From the human T2T-CHM13v2.0 reference genome, Homo sapiens, in the NCBI RefSeq assembly GCF_009914755.1, contig NC_060947.1: a stretch of DNA of 64,000 bases. One strand, given 5' to 3'. The position numbers and the translations under genes are program-made. Under the pieces are notes generated by a model. It saw only the letters and a list, made by a program, of their open reading frames with translations, ran no database searches and had not been told where the DNA came from. The first letter of the stretch is position 1, and each line of letters starts with the position of its first letter. This document shows positions 40,634-50,826 of this stretch, one piece after another.

Positions 40634-40690
40634 GTTGCCGCTGCTGCTGTTAGCCAGGTAACCCCACTAAAAGTCTGTTCAGTCAGTGTG
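40577..40690 (-). other. CAPN6: CAPN6 exon 1 (non-coding 5'UTR; upstream boundary approximate)
   Basis: Strong donor CAG|GTGAGT (plus-strand actcac at 40571-40576), no ATG, contains a CAG repeat, and lies next to GC-box/AP-1 motifs. Confidence 0.75.
40596..40649 (-). repeat. Interrupted CAG repeat (CAG)3 CGG CAA CGG (CAG)12 in the 5'UTR
   Basis: Plus-strand (CTG)12 at 40596-40631, then ccg ttg ccg (ctg)3. Confidence 0.95.
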
Positions 40691-40900
40691 GCTGAACAAA
40701 GATTCTGGCTTTCTTAACCTGAAAACTATTTGGGCTGTACCAAGCTCTGCTCACAGGGGGAGGTGCCTCGCAGCAACTTCAGGAGGCTTTGCCCCGCCCA
40801 GCAGTCAGAAACTGATCCTGAGTCATGAGGAAAATGTGGAAAGTGCCTCTACCAGATGTGCAGACGGGATGCCCACTCCAGACCCACCCACCAGCAAACT
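40691..40900 (-). promoter_or_regulatory. Putative CAPN6 proximal promoter (CpG-poor)
   Basis: GC box ccccgccca at 40791-40799 and a perfect AP-1 site TGAGTCA at 40819-40825, directly upstream of exon 1. Confidence 0.55.
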
Positions 40901-42059
40901 GAAAAACTCAGGAAGCCACGTTTGAAAGCTCTTTCGGTTTCAAGGAGAAATAAGACTTTCAGCGAGGATTCTGATAGATTTCTTACTTTTCTGTCCCAGG
41001 GTTAATATCACAGACATGCACATTACTAGAGAGAGGACATGCAGAGAAAAATGGTGAAGTGTTGGCAAAGTTAATATGGGCTAGGCTGCAGACATGGCCC
41101 TGGTCAGACATGGCCCTGGTAGGCAGATCTGTGATAGTGATGAGGACTTCAGGAAGTGACTGGGAGTGAAAGAGCAGCTAATGGGGTGCAATGAAGAAAA
41201 GGTCACTTCGTGAAACAACAGGTAACATTTGGTCAAAGACAGAGAGAAGGGATTGTTAAGAGGAAAGTGAATGGAGTTTATTCCACAGCAGCTATAAGAA
41301 CCCTAATTTCTAGCAACCAGGCTATGAAGATTCTGCACAGCTGTGTTAGGTGAGAGGAGAGAAAATAATTGTTTTTGCTCTGAAAGGCCAAGCAAGATCC
41401 CTATAAATACTATACTGCATCACAGTCAAAGTCCTGGTCCCTTCAACCTGAGACATTCATTTGGACACAATTCCAGGAACATGATTCTCAAGTTGTTTTG
41501 TTTGTTTCATTTTCACAAACTGTAAAGATGCTCATCATCTCATTCCTCAGCTTTCCTGACCAGTGTACTGTTAACCCTTGAACCTGAAATTACTTCCTTC
41601 TACCCCTCCTCCTGCACCAACCCTCCTGCTGGCTAGTTGAAGATGTAAGAGATAAGGGGGGTTGGGGATAACAAGTGAGCAACATAGAGCTCAACAAGGA
41701 CAGGAAGCATGTTCTCTCTCCACTCACTGGGCCCATACCAATGTTTTCATAAAACAGTTCTGAGCATTTCTATAACTCTGGTCTCTGAGATCTCCTTCTT
41801 GGCATTTCCCTACAACTCCCTCTGTACCTTCTATGCCAAGATGGAAATTCAGCTAGAGGTAGGGCACAAGGAAACAGGGGTCCAGGGCAATTAGGCCTCT
41901 AAATATTGGCAACCATTCAGCTAGACAGTGAGATAGTCCTCAAGCAAATATCCCTGGTATGGAATTTTGGTTTTAAAATCAACGGAGGATGTTTTGTCTG
42001 GGCTCATATTCTTTAGCCATCTTTTCCACCTTCATACTTGTAAATCTAGCAGGGAATCA

Positions 42060-43575
42060 CAGAACCTGGGAATTGGAAGGAACCTTAGAAGCCATGTTTA
42101 TCCTCTTGCTCAGTGCAGAAATATCCTTCTGACAGTCTGAGAAACTCATCCCTATGCAAAACAGCTTATTCCATATTTGATCATTTCCTAATTGTTAAAA
42201 GGGTCTTCCTTAGGTTGAGGAAAAAATAGCTTCACACAAACAATTTCTAATTCCTCTTTCACATGACAGCCCTTTAAAATATCTAGCATGTCACGCCAAG
42301 TCATTCATCCTCTGGGCTAAATATCCTCAGTTCTTTCAAACCATGCCTCATAGGACATGGTTTACAGACTTTTTGCCACTCTAGTTGTCTTTTGAGCATA
42401 AATCTACTCAGTGTGCAGCCCGTAGCTTAATCAAAATCCTCTGTTGTTTCTTGCATGAACTACTACTATGTGCCTGATTCTAGGTTTGTACAATTGACTT
42501 TTAATTTTACCTGGATGCTGGGCTTTGTATTCATTCTCAAAAACCATTGCCTTGTTTATTTTAATCTATCTCCTTAAGATCTTTCTTTATCTTGAGCCTC
42601 ATATACAAAATCATATTCTCCATAGTAATGTTTCTCAATCTTTTTTTATCATTATCACGGTCCTAAAGAGCCTTTTTAGATATTTTTCCCAATGTCTCTC
42701 CGTGAAATTTTAATACCACAGATATGCTGTCTATCTGTTTATTTGCTGTCTATCTGTTTATTTGCTGTATGTATATCTCTGTTTCATGTAAAAAAGAAAT
42801 TTTTTTTTCACTCTTCAAGAATCAATTTTTGCCCTCTTGGGGGCAATATCACCCCCATTGAGAATGCATGATCTGTATCAATAAATGTTTTATATGTGTA
42901 TTTGATCAGCCAGACTGATGAAAGTATTGAATGAGAGGGTCCAGGACAGAATACTGCAGCATAACCTTAAGAGTCTTCCCCTTTTGATAAGGTTGTTCAA
43001 ACTTGAAACAATCCATATAACTCCTGCTACCACCCAGCTCTGACTTTTCCATCTTCTTCATGAAGATATCATAAGACTTTTTCAAATGTCTTGCTGAAAT
43101 CCAGATACAGTATACTATGGTATCCCAGTGATCTATCCTTTTAGATACCCTTTTCAAAAAGGAAACGGACTTAGTTAGGCATGTCTTGCTTTTAGTCATC
43201 CCATGCTTACCCCTAGTGATTTCCGCTCCCTTTCTAAAGCCTCACAAACGATCTGCCTAACAGTGCATTCTACACTTTTGCCAAGGATAAATGCCATGCT
43301 CATTGGTCTTCAGTTTCCAGGATCTATATTTTGCACCCCACACCACCACCACCTACCTTCACTAAAAATTGGGATATTTCCCTGCCTCTTTGCACCCCTC
43401 ATGTCTTCTCTTTGCCATAATTTCTCAAAGGTTACCAAGACTGGCTCTGTGATCACATCTGCACATTCTCTCAGCAGCCTCAAATGTGATTTGTGTGGGC
43501 CTGGAAACTCATTGAAGGCAGCTAAGGACTCCTTTATTATCTCCTCATCTATCTTGGGCTTTAATTCTCTTTCCA
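42060..43575 (-). mobile_element. CR1/L3 LINE fragment (reverse transcriptase region and 3' end), interrupted by a hAT-type MITE
   Basis: ORFs 43310-43588 (LAAFNEFPGP...LRECADVITEP...FEKLW...NIPIF...DPGN) and 42906-43199 (KSKTCLTKSVSF) resemble CR1 RT motifs (SPGPD.LHPRVLKELADVIAEPL; GKSCLTNLISF). Confidence 0.75.
42620..42870. mobile_element. hAT-Charlie-like non-autonomous DNA transposon
   Basis: Inverted ends tttctcaat ... attgagaatgcatg, with an internal gggggcaatatcaccccc motif. Confidence 0.55.
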
Positions 43576-46500
43576 GTTCAAAGATCATGCTCCTTGATGG
43601 AGAGGTTAATTAACTTGCCCACAGCCACACACCTAGTAAATTGGCAGAGCTGGGATTTAAATCAGGCTCTATTTAACTCTGAAGACTGGCTCTTAACCAG
43701 AATGCTATGAGATTTCAAACACCAAATGAGTGGTATGGCCTATGGGTGTTGTATGAGTTCCAAAATGGGAGAGAACTATTTTAATAAGAGTAGTCGAGGC
43801 AGGCCTTATACAAGAGGTGAAATTTGAACTGGATCTTAAATAATGAGTAGGATCCCAATAGGAACAAAATAATGATGTGTGCATATGTTGGTAGGAATCA
43901 GGGAAGAGACTGAGGATGGCATCCCAGTCAGAGGAAATAACAAAGAATAATAAAGGATAAGAATTGCCACCTTGGTCTGCCTCATAGTCTACTTGGTTGA
44001 TCATTATGAACACTAAGATACCACAAATGGTCAAGAGAGAGCCAGAGTGTTCCTGCCTTACCTTAATAATAGTTTATTAAAGCTCTGATGCTTGCTACTT
44101 GTATATTCTAGGGCAAGGCACAGCCCTTCTGGTCCTTGGTTTCCTGCTCTATAAAATAGGAATAAAACAGTCCTATTTTCAATAAGCATTTACTGAGCTC
44201 CTACTATATACCAGATACTATGCTAGTTGCTGGAGTTATAATGGCAGGCTATAATAAGAAACATGATCTCACCCTCAATAATTAAAAATCAGTCATGTAT
44301 TTGCTTTGTGGAAGTTTTCAGTCCATACTACTATTTTGTTCCATTATCTGGGTAATGTGGCACATTTTACTTATCTTAAAATGACCTCATTTAAAAGCTT
44401 GTGGGGATAGTGGTAAGGAGGCTTTTGATATGGTAGCCTAGGATTTGTGGAGCAAGTTGGTGTCTGCTGTCTCCAAGATGTTATAGATTCTGGTTAATTC
44501 CATCTCAGCCCTCACCCAAGTCTTGGATTCTGTTCTTTTGCTTCCTCTAGCCTCATTCCCAGCCCAATATTTTCCCCTATATTGGGCATTTTCCATCCCT
44601 AGATTGTAAAACTGAGTTCCCTGAGGGAGAAAAAAAAGCCAGCTGCACCCAGTATGCCAAGTGGTTGGCAGGGGCGGGGGTTGCTGTACATTGGTGTAGT
44701 ATGGCTCTGCCGTGTGGGGCAGTGTCATTTGGTTTTGGCTAGCTAACTACAGTCCTTGCCTCTTTTTAGCTTGAAATCCTCTAAGGCCAGTGAAAGTGTG
44801 AACAGAAGCCACGGAAGAGGATGGACTGTCAGCTTCCAAACCAAATAGCCTTGGGGTGGAGTTCAACCAAGATTTTGGGAGAGTGTAAGTTGGATATCTT
44901 CTCTGTTGGCCTGGTTAACACAAAAATATGCTTCGCTGGCTGGCAGCAGAACTTTTTTTTAATCAGGGGAAGCAACTCATTTGCCTTGTCAACAAAAGGG
45001 CTCTAGTTTCTCAATATTAGTCAAAGGAAACCTCTGTCCCTAGTAATTGAAATAAATGGTTACAGTGGTTGCTGATCTTTGACTATATCAAATCCATACC
45101 CCTCTGCTTGGTCATCAAACCTCTTTCTCCACCAAAAGCTTGGTTTCACCACTACTTGGCACTAGTCTAGCTGGCCTTTGTATTCCATTTCTCAGGGCTG
45201 AACAAAACTTTCAGGAACATAACCTCCACTGGGCTGGTGTTAGAGTAGGAGACTCAGGGCTGGAAAAGGTTGGGTGGAGGGTGATACTTAAAATACAGAT
45301 GTCATCCAAGTCTTAGGCATAAATTGTAGCTGAGAAATGGTCAGCCCTAGAGAATTGAGCATAGGGTACCAGGTGAGAGTGGGCAAGGCCACAGGCAGAA
45401 GACAAGGCAAGAAGTCAGGAATTGAGGTGATCCAGAACTCACAGGTCAGGAAGTATTGTGTAATGTGGGATGGAGCCAAATAATGCAAGGCAACAGCTAA
45501 GAACAAAGCCACAGATCAGGTACTCATTTTTAATGGAGGTTGGAGTCCCAGCATGATTCAACCCTACCACCATATTTTTACTCAAGTTATGCCCCCGGCT
45601 ATGACTGTTCTTTCTCACCCTTCCATCTACCCAAGTCTTGCTTATTTTTTGATTCTCCAACCTTACTTTCTCCACGAAGCCTTCTCCCTCCCTGAGTGAT
45701 CTGCACTCTTTCTGAATAATCATCTCACTTTGAGTCAGTATCATATCACACAGGGTTCTAGTTAATCATTCTTCAATGTTTCATGTGTGTGCTTGGATTT
45801 CCTCAGACTACAGACTCCTTGAGGACAGCAGCTCTAGCTTCTGTACTTCTACACTCCCCACAGTGTGAAGCACAGAGCCAGGCACCAAGTAAATGTGCAG
45901 TAAATACTTGGCAAGGAATTCCAGAGATATTCAGAATGGAAGTCAGTAGCAACTTAGCAAGAGACTTGAAATTAGCCCACCACACACGTGAGCACATACA
46001 CGCACGCACGCACACACATACACACACACGTGCTTAGAAAACCAAGTAAAACTGTCCTAAATGTGGAAGTCATGGAGGATGGTATTATACTATCCCTTTG
46101 TCAGAGCTAGGTATACATAAAGAGCTCTTTGAGAGCTGGGAAAGCTTATAGAATTAGAACAAAATGGGAGGAGGCAGCCTTGAGTTGTAATTAAGCTGGA
46201 GGGTGAAGTAAAGATAGGGAGGGGGTTAGAAGCAAACAGAAATATGAAAAATTTCTAACATGGAGGCAAGGGACTCTTTTTCAGTCCCCGTAATATGTCA
46301 TTCATCTGGCATCCACTAATTTGGGATTTTTGAAAAATCGGACTAAGAGAGGTTGTAGCTTGTTATAGCCAGATCTTGAAAGAAAAAGAGCTGCTAAATT
46401 AATTAAGCCTCCTCCATGATGGGAGAGACAGTGGGGCATAGGGAAAAATCTTGTTTGACTTAGTTAAAAGTTTCCCAGTTCCTTCCTAGAGCTCTTTAGA

Positions 46501-47029
46501 AACCTCGTTAAGCTACTTGTAAATCCTGGCCATTCCTGTCCAGTTTTTTCCTTATCATAAACACTTTGGAGTATTAAAACTACATTAAAAATTTACAATT
46601 CCAACTTTTTACTATCTTAGACTCCTTCTCCTCCTTCCCTCCTCAGCTGGTACCAAAAGAGAAGAGACTAGGTATGGAAAGCCTCAAAGTACTGGGAGCT
46701 TTCCTGTGCTATCTCATTTCGTCTTCACAGAAATAACCCTGTAGCAGAGATAATTTTTTCTTGGTTATCAGAGGGGGGCACCTGCTGGGTGCTCGGGGGT
46801 ATGTTAAGTAACCAGGCTAAGGCTACACAAGAAGGAAATTGTGAAGCCCCTGCTTCTAAAAAACAATTCTTCCAACTCCAAAGACCTCCTGCTTTCTCCT
46901 AGACTATGTTGCCCCTAAATTGAAAATAATCATTGACTAACAGGAGATTAAAATATTTTTCTTGGAAAATATTGCTTTATTAGTCATTTAAGTGGCTGTG
47001 AATTCATGAGAAGAGCACATGTTCAAAAA

Positions 47030-47480
47030 CAGAGGTCATATTCATAATAGACAAAAACTGGAAATAGCCCAGGTGTCCTAGTTTTAGAAATGGAGAACTG
47101 ATTAGCATTTGCCAGGGTTTGGGGGTGGGGAGAAGCTGTGTTGCGGGAGGGAGGTGGGTGTGGTTATAAAAGGGCAATACCACGAAGGATCTTTGAGGTG
47201 ATGGCACTTTTCAGTATCTTGACGCTGATGGTAGATACATGAACCTAATGTGTTTAAAATTATATAGAACTAAATATATATGCACAGATGAATATGAGTA
47301 AAATGAGAACTCTGAATAAGACTGGTGAATTGTATCAATGTCAATATCCTAGTTGTGATATTATACTAAAGTTTTGCAAAATATTATCGGGGAAAGCTGA
47401 GAAAAGGGTAAACAGAATCTCTCTGTACTATTTCTTACAACTGCATGTGAATACACAATAATCTTTTAAAAATTCAATGA
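47030..47480 (+). mobile_element. Old L1M 3'UTR
   Basis: ttcataatagacaaaaactggaaatagccc...ctctctgtactatttcttacaactgcatgtgaat. Confidence 0.7.
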
Positions 47481-47732
47481 AAAAGGAGATAATATGTAGT
47501 GGCTATATATATATATATTCAATATATGTAATGTGTGCATATATATGTGTAAATTCAATATATATAATGTGTGCATATATATAAATTCAATATATATAAG
47601 ACAATTCAATGAAAAATGAGGTAATATATAGTGGGAACATATATATTTATATATACATAAAATTTTATAATAAATATATATATATAAATCAGTGTATTAT
47701 CTCTGATCTGACAGAAGTTTCTTTTGAAAGAT

Positions 47733-47861
47733 ACCTAATGCTAGATGACGAGTTAGTGGGTGCAGCGCACCAGCATGGCACTTGTATACATATGTAACTA
47801 ACCTGCACATTGTGCACAGGTACCCTAAAACTTAAAGTATAATAATAATAATTTAAAAAAA
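47733..47861 (+). mobile_element. ~130-bp 3' end of a young L1PA (L1PA2/3-like)
   Basis: acctaatgctagatgacgagttagtgggtgcagcgcaccagcatggcac...aacttaaagtataataa; TSD gaaagat at 47726-47732 and 47862-47868. Confidence 0.85.
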
Positions 47862-48134
47862 GAAAGATGATGTTACAATAATCTTGTAGGTTTGGGTAGT
47901 TCAGCCAAGACTTGGAGACAAGGTGGTGGGAATTCTAGCTCAGGGAAATCGTTCCCCAGGGAAAAACACAGGTTGCTGAGCCCGACTGAGTGCAACGGAA
48001 TGGGAGTGTGGTGTGAAATTTGAAGGAGTAGGTTTCACGCTTCATTCAAGGCCATAACTTTTCAGGTTCCTCTGCTCTTTGCTGAGAGAATAAGCTCTGC
48101 TCCCAGAGGCCTGATTGCAATGAGCCCCAGCTAG

Positions 48135-48295
48135 AACCAGCTACATAATTTGCTGGGCCTAGTACAAAATGAAAATGTGGGGCCTCTTGTTCAAAATGTA
48201 TTAGGAATTTCAAGATAGCCACTGCAGAACGTTAGACTAGGTGTGGGGCCCCACCAAGCACAGAATGCTGTGCAACTACACAGGTCCTGGCCCAA
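48135..48295. mobile_element. MER45-like hAT DNA transposon fragment
   Basis: cagctacataatttgctgggcctagtacaaaatgaaaatgtggggcc...tgtgcaactacacagg. Confidence 0.5.
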
Positions 48296-48969
48296 GTTAA
48301 CATTTCTGCTAAATCCCCACAGCTGCAACATCTAGAGAACACAGACCATCACCCACTTTGCAGCCCTTCCCTGCTAGTCTGAATTGACTGAGATGACGGA
48401 GGCCCAAGTGGCTCTTTGGGATCCATTCACTGTTTAGTCACAGTTCTGAGCACTGGTAAATCCCTGCTGACTGATGGACTGGACTGCTGTTCCATAGACC
48501 AGATATAGAGCAAGAGAGGGTGGAACCCAGAGGCAGAAGGCATGCTGGAAAACTCTGGTGCCCATTGACAAAAAGGAGGCTGGTGAGAAGCAGATCAGGC
48601 TGGTGGCCATTCAGAAAGTGTACAATGGATGGAGCACTAAATTATAGCCTGGAGACCTGGGCTCAAATGCCAGCTTTGACACCCTCGAGATCATTAATTT
48701 CTGGGCGTGTCAGTTTCCTCATGTGTGAAATGAAGATAATATAAATAGTATTTTTCTCATTGGGCTGTCATGAGGATCAAATAAAATCACGGATATGAAA
48801 GCACTATGAAAACTCTCATGTGAACAGAAATGTAAGACATCTCAGAATGACCACCAGTCTGATTATTACATACACATCCCTAAGCCTTTGCTAGCAGGTG
48901 GTGGCTGGCCTGATCTGGATGCCTGAAATAAGAAGTAAGGTTAAAATGCATGGGCCAGATATCCAGTTC

Positions 48970-49059
48970 TGGCCAAGACAGAGGAGTCCCATTCCCCACC
49001 CTCAATCCCAGTCCTGGCCAAGACAGAGGAGTCCCATTCCCCACCCTCATTCCCAGTCC
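48970..49059. repeat. 45-bp tandem duplication (2 copies, 1 mismatch)
   Basis: tggccaagacagaggagtcccattccccaccctca(a/t)tcccagtcc x2. Confidence 0.9.
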
Positions 49060-49084
49060 TCCTTCTTACAATTAAAAAATGCTG

Positions 49085-50090
49085 GCTATAACACAACAAA
49101 CAAACATAAGAAGGCTGAAATGTGGGAAGAAGAAGGCAGACAACCTAAGCACCTAAGGACTTGAGAAACAACACAACCTTGAATACCCTGGGTTTTCTTT
49201 TTTCCTCCCATATATCTCAGATAGGATGTTGTAGAAGACTCCAACCTGAAACGTCCCACAAGCACAGATGAAAAAAGGTGTTCCAAGCAAAGCCTGTTCA
49301 CTGTAGCCACAGGACTGGGGAAAAGGTTACCTAAAAACAGAAAACCTTTTTTGGCAATACTCACTCTATTCCAACTAAACATCAATGGCACAACTGCATA
49401 CCACTCCTCTGGGATTTCAGTGGGGCTGAGTGGAGAGCTGATATTCTATCCCCTGCCCGGCAGAAACAGTTAGTACTCTTATTCCCCCATCAGAGTATGG
49501 TCAGCTTAGCAGTGAGCTGAGCTGCTGGTTAGCTCCACTACCAGCTAGCAGCAAAGAGACTGAACAAGGTGATGTGAGGTAGGGCTAGTTAGTTTCAACA
49601 AGCAATTACTAATTCTCTGGAAACAAAGGAAAAACTGGATAATCTCAGCAAAGAAATAGAAAAAGTTAACAAGAACCAAAGGGAAATTATAGAACTTAAA
49701 AACACAACAACTGAAATATAAAACACTCACTGAATGGGCTCAATGGTAGAGATAACAGATGGTAGAATCAGTGAACTTCAAGATAGGCCGATAACGTTTA
49801 CCCAATGTGAAAAAAAAAAAGAGAGAGAGAAAATGACTGAAAAAAAGTGAACAGGGACCCAGGGAGCTGTGAGACAATAATAAAAGTGCTAACATGTGTA
49901 TCATTGTAGTTCTGGAAGGAGCAAGTAAGGAGTGTGGGGCTAAAATATATTTGAAGAGGTACTGGCTATGAATTTTCCAAATTTGTCATGACATAAACCT
50001 AAAAATTCAAGAAGCTTAGTGACCTGAAACAGAATAAACTCAAAGAAATCCATACTAAAACACACCATAATTAAACATCTAAAAATTAGA
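49085..50090 (+). mobile_element. Old L1M 5'/ORF1 fragment
   Basis: aatctcagcaaagaaatagaa...gggctcaatggtaga...gaatcagtgaacttcaagatagg...aattttccaaatttg. Confidence 0.65.
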
Positions 50091-50599
50091 AGTCATGGTC
50101 CAAAAGAGATCACTCTCTGCCACCCCATGGGTTTTGGGGAATTCAGTACAGAAGATCTTCAGAGCTGTCAGCCTCCCCTTTCTGCATCATAACAGGGAAG
50201 AAGGGCAAGTCCCACCTACTTCAAACCCTGGCTTCCCCAGGCTTAACTATCAAGCCTATCATTCATTCATTCAACAAACATTTATGAGCACCTAATATTT
50301 ACTAGTCATTCACCTCATTGCTAGTGAGACAACTGTGAACAAGCTAGAGTCTCTGCCCCCATGGAGCTATATTCTAATAGGTGGAGATAGACATACAGGG
50401 CATATGTTGAGAAAGAGGGTAACTAAACAGAGCAGTACTTATTTAGACACATACTTTTCCCAGAAAAGGATCTTACATCAGCCACCATTTCATTCACTCA
50501 ATATTTATTAATCACTCAAGCACTCACAATGTCTAAGAACCTGCTCGGCCTTGGAGACACAGTTCCTGCCCTCAAGGAACAAATAGTGTTCTTGTAGGA

Positions 50600-50826
50600 C
50601 ACGGTTGCTTAACCACAATACTGTTGACATTGGGGATTGAATAATTCTTTGTTATGTGTGTTGAGGTGGGGGCTGTTCTGTGCATTGTACAGTGTTTAGT
50701 AACATCCCTGGCCTGTACCCTCAGAAGGCAGTAACATCGTTCCTCCAAGTTGTGAAAACCAAAGATTTCTACATACATGGCCAATGTCTCCTGGTAGGCA
50801 AAAACACACCCAGTTGAGAACCACTG
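50600..50826 (-). mobile_element. MER20 hAT-Charlie element
   Basis: ttgacattgggg...ataattctttg...gggctgttctgtgcattgta...catccctggcc...ccagttgagaaccactg. Confidence 0.75.
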
